33,340 nucleotides of DNA from a virus (Duplodnaviria; Caudoviricetes). A program made the translations under genes and the position numbers. Below are positions 9,628 through 19,618 of the stretch, piece after piece (the first letter of the stretch is position 1; each line of letters starts with the position of its first letter). The stretch lies in the IMG/VR virus record IMGVR_UViG_3300017909_003387, positions 1 to 33,340 of that record, one strand, 5' to 3'. The notes beneath the pieces were generated by a model, which was not told where the DNA came from, searched no databases, and saw nothing but the letters and a program-made list of their open reading frames with translations.

Positions 9628-10590
9628 TTATCCTTCTTGTTTAGTTGCTTCAGTTTCTTCTATTTTTCCAAAAGACGCAACCTCTTTATCTCGTATAGAA
9701 ACTCCTGCATATTGTAATATTTTATTTACCAAGTTGGGCTCATCCGAAATCGGTAATTCAAAATCTTGATAGTCTGCAGCATTTTCATTGAACGAAGGTT
9801 CACCACCTGGAGGTAGTTGAACATAAGTCCAATTAGGATCTTTTGGATACCTTATGTATTGTGTTATTATTGTTCCTGCAGATGTAAGGCTTTGAGGATA
9901 TATTGTTATTGTGTTACCATATGTAGTCTCATTTGCACCTCCTAAAACATATGCAGGATATGTTACTGACGGAGAAGTTAGTGGACTAGCGTTCAAATAA
10001 AATATTTTGTTTTGTGAAACTCTTTCAATTTCTTTTATTGAGTTATAAGCTGTGTTCACTATTGCATAGTCTAAACCTGCTGCGTCAAAAAGATCATCTG
10101 TTAAAGTAAGTTCAGTATCACTTACTATTTCTGAAACAAAAGCAGTTTTTCCACTAACAAGATTACTTACCAAATTTCCAACCTGAACGGTTGTAGTAAA
10201 TAAAGCATTGTTGTCAAGTAGTTTGTTGGTTGCAAAATTTGTGGTTTGTCCTGATGTTTGAAAAGTATTATAGTAATTAATTTTATTAATTAAATAATAA
10301 TCTTCTGGTAAATCATAATTAGACAAACCTTTACTTAAAAGAGCTTTAGTGCTCGAAAAACTATCTACAACTTCTTCTATTCCTTTTACAATATCAGCAT
10401 AGCCTGAACCTGATTGCCTGATGTTTTGTTTTACCAATTGTGAGTTATATTGATAAAAATAATCTTCAAATATATCTAGTTGTGCTTGTTTTGCGTATAA
10501 ATTAAAATCATTTGGTGTTATATATCCAAAATTATTTTTATTGGCAATAGAAAGCACAGTGGCTCTGACTGTGTTTATAAGTGATGTCAT
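9628..10590 (-). CDS. Tail tubular/ring protein (P22 gp4 / crAss ring-like) with an inserted beta domain
   Basis: NKNNFGYITPNDFNLYAKQAQLDIF, YDLPEDYY, YIRYPKDPNW, DFELP and LVNKILQYAG motifs. Confidence 0.65.
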   Translation of the reverse strand: MTSLINTVRATVLSIANKNNFGYITPNDFNLYAKQAQLDIFEDYFYQYNSQLVKQNIRQSGSGYADIVKGIEEVVDSFSSTKALLSKGLSNYDLPEDYYLINKINYYNTFQTSGQTTNFATNKLLDNNALFTTTVQVGNLVSNLVSGKTAFVSEIVSDTELTLTDDLFDAAGLDYAIVNTAYNSIKEIERVSQNKIFYLNASPLTSPSVTYPAYVLGGANETTYGNTITIYPQSLTSAGTIITQYIRYPKDPNWTYVQLPPGGEPSFNENAADYQDFELPISDEPNLVNKILQYAGVSIRDKEVASFGKIEETEATKQEG

Positions 10591-10608
10591 CCTCTATTTT
10601 TCTTTGTA

Positions 10609-10616
10609 CAAAGATA
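10609..10616 (-). promoter_or_regulatory. Bacteroidota -7 promoter box TATCTTTG, overlapping the palindrome TCTTTGTACAAAGA (10601-10614)
   Basis: Exact TAnnTTTG between the terminator U-tract and the ATG at 10590. Confidence 0.65.
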
Positions 10617-10618
10617 AG

Positions 10619-10651
10619 AAAAAAAAAGAGGCCTCATTTTTCGAGGCCTCT
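10619..10651 (-). terminator. Rho-independent terminator
   Basis: Minus strand AGAGGCCTC-gaaaaat-GAGGCCTCT followed by a T run, just after the stop at 10656. Confidence 0.85.
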
Positions 10652-10655
10652 GTGA

Positions 10656-11402
10656 CTAATCCAATTTAGATTCCAATATCCTTAATACTTCTAGTCCTTC
10701 ATCACTTTGCAAAAATGATGCTAATATGAATAAAGGATCTTCGCCATAAGGAACAGTTAGTAGTTTGTTCTTGTTTCCTTTTAGATTATAATAAACATCC
10801 TTTTTGTTTTTCAAAACAAGTAAACCTTCACTGAAAAATTTAGCACATTTATTTTGAAGTGCTAATAAAGGATCGTTAATTGATTCCATAAATTCTTCTG
10901 GATATTTTTTCGCAAACATCCTAACATCTCTTTTTAATTCTGATGAAGTTAATTTATCAATGTTTAAACCAATAACAACTCTTGCTATAGTTTCAAGCAT
11001 TTCAATATCTAAGTCTTTGGCTAAAAGTTGAGCGTCTAAAGCTAAATCTAAATCTACTACCTCTATTGCTGCGTCTTGCTCTTTATCAACCTCAACAAAC
11101 TCTTGTCCGTTTCCAGGATGATATGCTAAAAACTCTTGTAATATTTGATTTTGTTTTGGAACTCTTAAGAATCCATCTTCAAAAACTATAGGCTCCAACA
11201 ATACATTTCCGTCTTGCTCATCTTCAAAAATGCTTTTTTGATTTTTCGCATAACGCAAAGATCTATTGACACCTGTTTTCTCGTCAAAATATAAAAGTGA
11301 TTTTCTTCTCGTGTTTCGAGATGGTATGGTATAGCTCAAGGGAGCTTTATCTTTGGTAAGTTTGTAGGTTTTATCTACAAATTGTAATTTCTTTTTTTTC
11401 AT
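10656..11402 (-). CDS. Conserved phage protein downstream of the major capsid gene, function unknown
   Basis: 248-aa ORF with an A-rich leader; LRYAKNQKSIFEDEQ and IVFEDGFLRV motifs. Confidence 0.6.
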   Translation of the reverse strand: MKKKKLQFVDKTYKLTKDKAPLSYTIPSRNTRRKSLLYFDEKTGVNRSLRYAKNQKSIFEDEQDGNVLLEPIVFEDGFLRVPKQNQILQEFLAYHPGNGQEFVEVDKEQDAAIEVVDLDLALDAQLLAKDLDIEMLETIARVVIGLNIDKLTSSELKRDVRMFAKKYPEEFMESINDPLLALQNKCAKFFSEGLLVLKNKKDVYYNLKGNKNKLLTVPYGEDPLFILASFLQSDEGLEVLRILESKLD

Positions 11403-11435
11403 TTTATTTAATTTTAAATTTAATTAATATTTAAA

Positions 11436-11472
11436 GAATGAGGGCCACGCTCCATGTGTGGCCCCGTCATCC
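11436..11472 (-). promoter_or_regulatory. GC-rich hairpin after the major capsid gene (leaky terminator or mRNA stabiliser)
   Basis: Minus strand GGATGA-cg-GGGCCAC...GTGGCCC-TCATTC, followed by only a short T run. Confidence 0.6.
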
Positions 11473-11486
11473 TTATATTCTATATC

Positions 11487-12917
11487 TTAATTAGTAAAGA
11501 TAAAGAAGTTGTTTGCTCCTAGAGTACAAAGTGCTCTTTCAGATAAGAAGTGAACTTCCATAGCATCTAAGCTAGTAGTAGCCGCTCCACCTGCAGAACC
11601 TGTAATCCAAGTTTTATAGCGTCTGTCTTCAGTTTCTGAAGCTCTATATCTAACATGTAAGAAAGGTCTCTTAGCGTTTTTACCTAATACTTGATCGTAG
11701 ACAGTTGTTGAGCCCGCAGGTACTAAAATACCGTTGATTGCTCCGCCAACAATGTCTCCTCTCATTGTAGGATCGTTAAGATATTTCCAATCAGATTTAT
11801 AGAAATCATATCCTCTTCTGAATCCTGAGAATCCAAGATTTAACGCCATTTCTGCATCATTATCAAATAAACCATATGATGTTCCCGCAGGATTACCATA
11901 TGAATTTTGAGACGCTAACATGTCGTCAATATCAAATCCAAACTCTCTGTTTACGAAAAGAACATTTTCTTCGATAGAACCTTGCTTGTCTAATCTTTGA
12001 ATAATAGCATCAAAGTCAGCTAAAGTAGTAGGGTTACCACCACTCCAAACATTTCCTCTTTCTTCTACTACATAGAATAAACCTTCAGATCCTTTGTTAC
12101 CTACACCACTAGCAATGCCTTCAGCGATTGCTGCAGCTCCTGAACCTACTTCAGCAGGTACGGCTTCAACCATTGCAGTTTCAAGATAATCTTCAAATCT
12201 TAATCTTGTTTCGTGCTCTGATTTAATATACCATAAAAATCCTGTTGCTCCGTTTTCAGTTGTAACTTCAATCCAACCAATCTGTGCCATATCAGAACCT
12301 GATACTGCATATTTATCTTTGATGATAATTGGTGAATTTTCAAAGATGAAGTCATTTGCTTCTAATTGTCCTTCCATTCCGATAGCTCCTTTTTGGAACT
12401 CAGAACCATAAATAAATAATGAACATTGTACACCTGCTGCCATTGCTTGACCTGCTGCTTCGTAATAAGCAACATCAATCTGTGCATTTGCTAAATCAAC
12501 AGCGGTAACAATTGCCTTGTTACTGTTTGTTGATCCAATTGAACTGTCAGACAAAACAATAGTTTGTCCTACTCTAATTGAGATTTGAGATCCCGCAGGA
12601 ACTAAAACATCATTAATAGTTAGAGTAGCAGTTCCAGCTGCTGCTGCAGCGCCTGATGTAACATCCACATACTTTGTATGTAATCTTCCTTGCTCTGCCC
12701 ATTTAATAAGGTCAGAGTTAGAAGGCATTTCAGCTCCCACCATTCTTAGGAATGATGATACTGTACGATTACCATATCTTTCAAATTCTTTTTCATATGT
12801 ATCTGGTAGATACTGATTCAAGAAGTCAAAATTGGTAATGTAGTTTGTTTGTAAAAGTACCTGTTCCGAACTTGGTTGCAAGTCAAACCCTGGTACTAAA
12901 TCTACTTGTCCTGGCAT
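11487..12917 (-). CDS. Major capsid protein
   Basis: 476 aa after portal and scaffold. YLPDTYEKEFERYGNR, WAEQGRLH and IIKDKYAVSGSD motifs; codon usage suggests high expression; downstream hairpin. Confidence 0.85.
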   Translation of the reverse strand: MPGQVDLVPGFDLQPSSEQVLLQTNYITNFDFLNQYLPDTYEKEFERYGNRTVSSFLRMVGAEMPSNSDLIKWAEQGRLHTKYVDVTSGAAAAAGTATLTINDVLVPAGSQISIRVGQTIVLSDSSIGSTNSNKAIVTAVDLANAQIDVAYYEAAGQAMAAGVQCSLFIYGSEFQKGAIGMEGQLEANDFIFENSPIIIKDKYAVSGSDMAQIGWIEVTTENGATGFLWYIKSEHETRLRFEDYLETAMVEAVPAEVGSGAAAIAEGIASGVGNKGSEGLFYVVEERGNVWSGGNPTTLADFDAIIQRLDKQGSIEENVLFVNREFGFDIDDMLASQNSYGNPAGTSYGLFDNDAEMALNLGFSGFRRGYDFYKSDWKYLNDPTMRGDIVGGAINGILVPAGSTTVYDQVLGKNAKRPFLHVRYRASETEDRRYKTWITGSAGGAATTSLDAMEVHFLSERALCTLGANNFFIFTN

Positions 12918-12936
12918 AATTTTAACTTTTTAATTT

Positions 12937-14073
12937 TTAAACTTTTCTATTACTTCTAATTTTTAATCCTCTACCACTAGAACCTGAAACTTGTCTTGCC
13001 TTAAAACCACTAGCGCTTATTTGTTGTGGCGTTTGCCTCATATTCATGTTAATGTTTTTACTCTTCTTCGAAACATCATCAATAGCATCTGCCTTACCTT
13101 GCTCATAAAAATACTGAGCAAATTTTTGGGGATCCATAGCCGCACTTAGTGCAGTATGCCAACCCTTAGCGTCACTGATTAGACCATCGTCACCTACATA
13201 TTTTGCAATAAAATTATTTAGGTCACTTTGTCTAGCCTTCATTTCTTGAGCGTCTCCATATGCGTATGATATTTTTTTATCTCCTACATTGAACTCAAAA
13301 CCTTTGAACTCGGAATCAAAAACCTTATCAGTTTGCTTCAAAAAGTATTCATTCTTTTGTTGGGCACTCTCTCTAGCTGTTTTGGATTTTTTGAGAGCCT
13401 CTCTATATGCGTTTAATTCTTCTAAAGTTTTTTCATCAACAGCACTCCCACTTGACTCAAGAGGAACACTATAAGAGTTGCTGAACTCCTTTAGATATTT
13501 TTTCGCTTTTGATATCTCTCTTTTTTTAGCAATATCCTTTTTCTTTTTCACATCAGGTTCATCTAATTCTGAATCATATCCGAACTTATCGTTCATCAAG
13601 TAATCAATATCATCTGAATCCAAATCAGCTTCAGTTAAAGAATAATACTCCTTCAGTAGTTGGTCATCACTTAAATTTGAAAAATCTCTATTAGCTTTTA
13701 CAAAGTCTTGAAAACCTCTACCTGTCTTTTCTTTGAAATCCAAATACTTAGACACTTCTTCTGGTAATTCCTGGTTTGATTCTTTTTCTTGAAACAAATC
13801 ATCTACCGAAGAAATATCCTTGTCATATCTATTTTTAATAAAATTAAGAACATCTTCGTCTTTTATAGTTGGACTTTCAACTTCTGAGCTAGGCTCAGTA
13901 TTTTGTTCTACAGCAGGCTCTTCAGCCTTAACCTCTTGTGTTGTTTCTGTAGATGTTTCCTCAACCTTTTCGGGTTGTGAATTTTCTTCTTCATGTTTTT
14001 TAAGTAGTTTATCTTCTACTTCCTGTACAGACTTCTCTTCTACAGGATTTACTTCTTTTACTTTTAATTCCAT
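12937..14073 (-). CDS. Capsid scaffolding protein
   Basis: Acidic low-complexity N-terminus, helical core and FYEQGKADA motif; lies between portal and MCP. Confidence 0.65.
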   Translation of the reverse strand: MELKVKEVNPVEEKSVQEVEDKLLKKHEEENSQPEKVEETSTETTQEVKAEEPAVEQNTEPSSEVESPTIKDEDVLNFIKNRYDKDISSVDDLFQEKESNQELPEEVSKYLDFKEKTGRGFQDFVKANRDFSNLSDDQLLKEYYSLTEADLDSDDIDYLMNDKFGYDSELDEPDVKKKKDIAKKREISKAKKYLKEFSNSYSVPLESSGSAVDEKTLEELNAYREALKKSKTARESAQQKNEYFLKQTDKVFDSEFKGFEFNVGDKKISYAYGDAQEMKARQSDLNNFIAKYVGDDGLISDAKGWHTALSAAMDPQKFAQYFYEQGKADAIDDVSKKSKNINMNMRQTPQQISASGFKARQVSGSSGRGLKIRSNRKV

Positions 14074-14088
14074 TTTATTTAATTTTTA

Positions 14089-14096
14089 CAAAGTTA
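14089..14096 (-). promoter_or_regulatory. Bacteroidota -7 promoter box TAACTTTG
   Basis: Intergenic, 15 nt upstream of the scaffold ATG. Confidence 0.65.
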
Positions 14097-14123
14097 ATAC
14101 TAAATTAATTACTATTTTTAAGC

Positions 14124-16559
14124 TTATCTAGGCTCAAATTCTGCTAAGTCAAAACCATCTAAACTATCTTCATTTGATTCAAAAGAAACAGGAGGTAGAT
14201 TATTTTTACGCTGCTCTATTAATTTTGACTGCTCTGTGTTGGCTTGAGATATTCTTTCTGATTTTGCCTTTTCTCTTTGCTCTTCCCTATCTTTCAATCC
14301 TTGTTGTTGAACGCCTTGAATTTTCATTTGTAAATCAAATTCTAGTTTCATAAGTTCAGATTTGATTGCGGCCTCACCTTTCATTCTTTCTACAGCAAAT
14401 ACAGCTTTCGCTTTTTCAAGCTCCATAGCTGATTGATTTTCCATTTTCAATTTTTGCATAGCAGTTTGAGCAGCCATTTGTTGAGACTGCATATTTATCT
14501 GTGCTTGCTGTTGAGCTGCTGCCGATTTTGCTTGTTGATCTTGCTCTAGTTTTTGTTTTCTTTTTAATTTTAAAACTTGGTTGGCTAATTTAATGTTTCT
14601 GATTTCCCTAACATCTATTGCATCTTCAAGATTAATATCGTTTTTAGAAAGCGCCATTTGAACATTTGCTTCCAATACTTTTTTCTCTTCTTCATCAGGC
14701 AATACCTCTATAAAAATTCCAAAGTCACTTAAGTATAAATTAGCAACCTCTTCTAAAATACCAACATTAAACTTCCCTACCTGATTTATAAACTCATCTC
14801 TAAACTCTGAGTATTCTAGTAAATCTGCTATTCTGCTTGATAAGGCAGTACAAAGTCTTTCAGTTAGGGTGAGTCCTGCATCTAAAATATGTCTTGTTGC
14901 AGTGTTGCTGCTCAAGGCAGCAAGTTTTTGTAGCCCTACCAAAGCGTATGTGTCAGGTCTAGTTCCATCTCTTGCTTCATTTAATCCTGTAACATCTCTA
15001 AGCATAGACATATAATGATTGTATGTAGCAACCAAACTTTGTATCTTGGCTTGACCAGAATTAGAATTTAATTGTTGTATTGGAACTCTAGACTGATTAA
15101 AGTCTCCATCTTGAGTATAACTTCTACCAATAACACTACCTGTTTGAAAAAACATTCTAATAGCATCTTCAGGATTATAAGTTTGCCCTGTACCTAAATC
15201 AACCTCGCTCAATCCATCTGCATCAATAAAGATTCCATCAGGAACAGTTCTAGCAATAACTTGTTGTAGTTTTAAGTGCGTAACTTGAATTAAATCAGCA
15301 AAAGTTATCATTCTTCTAACTAAAGATTCAACGACACCTTTATACATTCTTGGTGCAGCAGCAATAAACTCAGGATAAACTTCTTGACTAGCAGATTGTG
15401 GCCGTGCCATATTTTCTGCCATTTTCCATTTAAGCATTATATTAGTTCCCATCACCATTACACCCTCATACCATACATCAATAGTTTTTGTTATTTTTTT
15501 AAACTTCCCTTCTTCTTGCATTTCAGGAGTTGGATCAAAGTTTTCATCTTTTTCAATAACTTTTTCAGCTCCTAAATTATTTTCTTTTTTCTTGTATGTA
15601 AATGTGTGTGTGGTTTTGTAATTAAAAAACAAACAAGTTGCACTGTCTCTGCTAAACATACTATTATTATAGTATTGTGCAGTATTATTGTAGTCATACC
15701 AACTTTGACTATATTTTGAAATTTCATCCATGTCTGCGTTTGTCAAACTAGGATCTATTTTTTTTAATTCAATTATTGGTAAAGTTTTAATCTCACCCCA
15801 ATAAAAACAATCTTTAAAATTAGGATCTTCTGTATAACTGTAAACTACATTTGCAGGATCAACATATTCAATGGATATTCCTGAATTAGGTAAAAATCTA
15901 TGTTTACACATAGAGATACCTAAAACCATTTGGTCATAATACAATTGTTTTTGTATATCTTGATATCTGTTTTCAGATAAAACTGTATTTAAAGCTTCTT
16001 CCTCTGCTATTTCTATAGCAGGTTTGTATTTAAGTTGCATATGCAAACTTAACTCTTCACTTGTATTAGGTATTTCGTCTTCTGGTATAGGAAAAGGATT
16101 TATGTTGAAGTCTTTTTGGAATTGTTGCATCAAAGGTTTAGCCTGCATGTTTTGACGCATTTCAACCTGATACTGACTTCTTCTGTCTAATGACATTGCA
16201 TCTTGAGCATAGCAATTTATTTTAAATAATCTTTCAGCCATACCATTAACAACTATATCAACAAACTTTGGTATAATTGGCACTGGAGTCCAATCTAAGT
16301 TTAGATAACTTAAGTCTCCATCAATTGCTAATTCATTTTTGTATTTTTGTATTGATTGCTCTCCACGAGCATATAGGCGTAATCTATGGAAATCAGCCCA
16401 CTGATTGTAAAATCGGCTTTGACCTCCATCTTTTCTAAACCATTCATATTGTATGGCTTGACCTATTTGTAACCCAAATTCAAGGCTGTCTTTAACGCTA
16501 TCAGAAACGAATTGACTTGGGAAACCTTGGGGGTTAATTGAAATCTTTACATCCTCCAT
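14124..16559 (-). CDS. Portal protein
   Basis: 811 aa directly after the terminase. PVPIIPKFVDIVVNG, EYVDPANVVY and DVTGLNEARDG motifs; Gln-rich C-terminal coiled coil (P22-like barrel). Confidence 0.85.
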   Translation of the reverse strand: MEDVKISINPQGFPSQFVSDSVKDSLEFGLQIGQAIQYEWFRKDGGQSRFYNQWADFHRLRLYARGEQSIQKYKNELAIDGDLSYLNLDWTPVPIIPKFVDIVVNGMAERLFKINCYAQDAMSLDRRSQYQVEMRQNMQAKPLMQQFQKDFNINPFPIPEDEIPNTSEELSLHMQLKYKPAIEIAEEEALNTVLSENRYQDIQKQLYYDQMVLGISMCKHRFLPNSGISIEYVDPANVVYSYTEDPNFKDCFYWGEIKTLPIIELKKIDPSLTNADMDEISKYSQSWYDYNNTAQYYNNSMFSRDSATCLFFNYKTTHTFTYKKKENNLGAEKVIEKDENFDPTPEMQEEGKFKKITKTIDVWYEGVMVMGTNIMLKWKMAENMARPQSASQEVYPEFIAAAPRMYKGVVESLVRRMITFADLIQVTHLKLQQVIARTVPDGIFIDADGLSEVDLGTGQTYNPEDAIRMFFQTGSVIGRSYTQDGDFNQSRVPIQQLNSNSGQAKIQSLVATYNHYMSMLRDVTGLNEARDGTRPDTYALVGLQKLAALSSNTATRHILDAGLTLTERLCTALSSRIADLLEYSEFRDEFINQVGKFNVGILEEVANLYLSDFGIFIEVLPDEEEKKVLEANVQMALSKNDINLEDAIDVREIRNIKLANQVLKLKRKQKLEQDQQAKSAAAQQQAQINMQSQQMAAQTAMQKLKMENQSAMELEKAKAVFAVERMKGEAAIKSELMKLEFDLQMKIQGVQQQGLKDREEQREKAKSERISQANTEQSKLIEQRKNNLPPVSFESNEDSLDGFDLAEFEPR

Positions 16560-18806
16560 TTACTTTATAATTTGGCTAAAACTTCCCCTATTGTCATATC
16601 TTGCAAAGTTAAGTTTTATTTTTGATTTATTTTTAACGGGCTGATATAGGCCTCTTTGGTTAGCCATTATCGCTAAACCTGAGCTAATAGATGCATCAAA
16701 CTTGGTTCTGTTATTAATATTGAACCTAGCCCAATCAGTTAATGTTCTTGTAAAATACATAGAACCCATTGTGTCAGGCTCTCTGAAAGTACCTAAAAAA
16801 TCTAAGCCTACATGTTTTTCAATAAAAGATTCTATTGCTGCTGCATGTGCTTGTTTAACATCTTCACTAGAATTAGGTATACCTCCAAGTTCTTTTTCTG
16901 ATCTAGAAAGTTTATTATAAATTTTGTCAGGTCTATTCATTGAAAATCCACGATATCCTCTATTTTTAAAATGATATAGCAAACGAGGTTTGTTGTTTTC
17001 AATTAATATAGGCATACCATAAAAAACACACGCCATCAATACATCTTCAAAAAATATCTCCGCTGTTTGTGGTCTTGCTATATATTCTAAAAAAAACTCG
17101 TTGGTAGGCCCTTCATCCATGTGAAATCTTGTCATTCCATGCAAAGCACCATTAGAACCTCCTCCTCCAACTGTGCCTGAAATATCATAACTATCACAAC
17201 CAAAAGCACCCATGTGTTCATTACCAGGATACTTAAGTCCTTTTTTATATATAAATTTATTTTGTAAATTTTTATTGGGTGTCCAAGAAACATAAAATCT
17301 TCCTCTATCATTCGGACTAAATATTACTTCGGTATCTTGAACTCCGTTTCTCCATGAAAAAGAACCTCTTGTAATAAATTGATCTCTAATCAAAGATTCA
17401 TTATAATCTATTTGCTGATATATTTTCTGTAAATTAAAAAGCGATTGTTTGCTTTCGTCTCTAAAAGCATGATTCTCAGATCTAGGAAACTGTCTATAAA
17501 ATTCGTTTAGCGCATCAGGATCGTTTTTTAGAGATTCAACTTCATTCTCCCAATAATCTATAGCGCCTTGTGTTATGTAATCTCCATAGACATCTAATGT
17601 TTCTTCTTCAGGATTTCTAAAAACAGGCATTCCATGTTTATCTATAAACCCTTCCATATTCCACTCCATAGGTATAAACAAAGAATACAATCCACTTTTA
17701 GTTTGTCCGTTTGCGTTTCTATTATTAATATCTGAATCATAGAATAATTTTTTGAAACTATCTCCTCCTTTTTCAAGGGAGTTTGATGTGCTTCCCATCA
17801 TACACTTTCCTATAATTTTACTTCCCAATCTCAAACAGGTTTTTGTAACTCTCCAATTATTTAAAATATTATTTGGTCTTTCCCATTTACCTGATTCATC
17901 ATGAACTAAAAGTTTTAACTTCTCTCCATCATATGAATTATCTCCTGTGTTTTTCCAATCAATTGTTGTATCTAATCCTTCAACCATTTCAACCTCTTCA
18001 GTGTACATATTCTTTTTTGTAATTTTAGAGGCAGGAACTCTAAACGCAAGTTCTGTTTTAGGTTTATCCATACCGTCTTGAACAGGTTTAAAAAAGAATG
18101 GATAATTGTTTGATATAGGAACTACTTTGTCTGTAAACATTTTTTTTGCATCTGCTCCCGTTTTAGATAAGATACCTATTCTAGAATCTTTAGATATTGT
18201 TGCTATATTTGCACACTCTTCACTACCCATATAAGAAAATCCTGAACGCCTTATTTTTAAATAACATATTCCAAAAGACCTTACATCTGCCTTACACGCC
18301 TCCCAATAAATATAAAATAATCTATTGGCTTCTCTATAATTAGGATATCCCACATCTATTTTTGTCCACTGTAAATACATATAATGAGAACCTGTCATAT
18401 ATGTTTTGATTCCATTGTTGTAGAACCAAAACCCTTCTTCTCTTCTATCAAACTCAGTCTCTATGTAGTCAACCCATTTATCTTTGAAAGTGCTAGGTGC
18501 GGAGTGCCAATTAAATATTGACTTTATTCTAAATAACTCTTGAGGATATTCAAATCTTTCCCAATGCTGTTCTTTTTTTGCCGATGATCTTTTATATATT
18601 TTTTGAGGAGGTTTTGGTAAAGCGATTTTGAGACCGTTGATACTTATAACATCTTGAATTTTCCCTGATTTTGAAATTACAACTACATCATATTTTTCGT
18701 TATATCCATAGTTCCAGGACTTGGCTTTATTTTTTGAAGCCAAAACACTTTTAGGAATATAATCCTCTAATGTGTGATATAATTTATTTAGACCTTCTTT
18801 CTGCAA
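16560..18806 (-). CDS. terL: Terminase large subunit (start codon uncertain)
   Basis: Walker A-like KIRRSGFS, Walker B LLVHDESGK, coupling motif GSTSN; nuclease motifs FGCDSYD, ILIENNK and FDASISSG. Confidence 0.9.
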   Translation of the reverse strand: MQKEGLNKLYHTLEDYIPKSVLASKNKAKSWNYGYNEKYDVVVISKSGKIQDVISINGLKIALPKPPQKIYKRSSAKKEQHWERFEYPQELFRIKSIFNWHSAPSTFKDKWVDYIETEFDRREEGFWFYNNGIKTYMTGSHYMYLQWTKIDVGYPNYREANRLFYIYWEACKADVRSFGICYLKIRRSGFSYMGSEECANIATISKDSRIGILSKTGADAKKMFTDKVVPISNNYPFFFKPVQDGMDKPKTELAFRVPASKITKKNMYTEEVEMVEGLDTTIDWKNTGDNSYDGEKLKLLVHDESGKWERPNNILNNWRVTKTCLRLGSKIIGKCMMGSTSNSLEKGGDSFKKLFYDSDINNRNANGQTKSGLYSLFIPMEWNMEGFIDKHGMPVFRNPEEETLDVYGDYITQGAIDYWENEVESLKNDPDALNEFYRQFPRSENHAFRDESKQSLFNLQKIYQQIDYNESLIRDQFITRGSFSWRNGVQDTEVIFSPNDRGRFYVSWTPNKNLQNKFIYKKGLKYPGNEHMGAFGCDSYDISGTVGGGGSNGALHGMTRFHMDEGPTNEFFLEYIARPQTAEIFFEDVLMACVFYGMPILIENNKPRLLYHFKNRGYRGFSMNRPDKIYNKLSRSEKELGGIPNSSEDVKQAHAAAIESFIEKHVGLDFLGTFREPDTMGSMYFTRTLTDWARFNINNRTKFDASISSGLAIMANQRGLYQPVKNKSKIKLNFARYDNRGSFSQIIK
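16604..16611 (-). promoter_or_regulatory. Possible -7 promoter box TAACTTTG for the portal gene, inside the terL 3' end
   Basis: Exact TAnnTTTG 44 nt upstream of the portal ATG; it lies in coding DNA, so it could be chance. Confidence 0.35.
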
Positions 18807-19059
18807 AACCTCTAAGTGTATTATCTTTTTTCTTTTCTGCCTTTTCTCCCAAAAGTTCTTTTTCAGATTCTATCCTTGATAGTATTTCAAACGCATCAAA
18901 GATTGCTAGTTTTTTAGTCGCAGCCGCATTTTTTAATCTGTCAGCCGCTAACTCATCGTTAGGATCAGGTTTAATTATATCTTCCTTTGCGACCTTGATT
19001 AACTGAGCAACAGCCTTTTGTCCTGCTTCAATTATTTTTAATTTTAACTCTTTACTCAT
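18784..19059 (-). CDS. Putative terminase small subunit
   Basis: 91-aa helical protein overlapping the 5' end of terL. Confidence 0.55.
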   Translation of the reverse strand: MSKELKLKIIEAGQKAVAQLIKVAKEDIIKPDPNDELAADRLKNAAATKKLAIFDAFEILSRIESEKELLGEKAEKKKDNTLRGFAERRSK

Positions 19060-19618
19060 ATATCAAAGTTATATTATTAGTAAACATTCTGTATAGTTTT
19101 TCATCATCTACTTTATATTCATACTCGCTGTCAGGTTGAAAAGATATTAAGTCACCTTCCTTCACTCCCTTTTTTTCTAACTGTTTGTTGGAATATTTTA
19201 ATATTCCTGTCAATGGCTCTTCCTCTACATGAGTTTTTAAATAAATATCTTTTTTTTCAATAGGCTTTATCATACAATATTTATCGTGACATTTCCATGT
19301 ATCATTTCTTTTATACATATAAAACTGATCAAAGTCAATAAAAAATAAATCATCTTTAAAAAAGCTTTTACCACTTTTTTCTCTACCCTTCATGTCATTA
19401 TAATATTTAAAAACATTATGATGAACAAGCAATAAGTCTCCTGGTTTGATTTCTCCTGTGTAGTTTATAGGAGTTTCTTCAACAATAGCATACCTGTTGG
19501 AAACGGTATGATCCTCTTTTGAACTGCTTACAATAAAATCAATGTCGCCAATTCGTTTTGTATTGTCATACCTTTTCCCATTGTAAGCTTTTACAATGAA
19601 GTAAAAAGGTGATTTCAT
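19052..19618 (-). CDS. Tandem GroES-like (two cpn10-like domains) co-chaperonin
   Basis: Domain 2 (MIKPIE...TGILKY...GVKEGDLISF...EYKVDDEKLYRMFTNNITLI) parallels GroES (VKVGDKVLF...EVKIDGEEYLIM...DILAI). Domain 1 has FIVK...AIVEETP...IKPGDLLLVHH. Confidence 0.65.
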   Translation of the reverse strand: MKSPFYFIVKAYNGKRYDNTKRIGDIDFIVSSSKEDHTVSNRYAIVEETPINYTGEIKPGDLLLVHHNVFKYYNDMKGREKSGKSFFKDDLFFIDFDQFYMYKRNDTWKCHDKYCMIKPIEKKDIYLKTHVEEEPLTGILKYSNKQLEKKGVKEGDLISFQPDSEYEYKVDDEKLYRMFTNNITLIYE

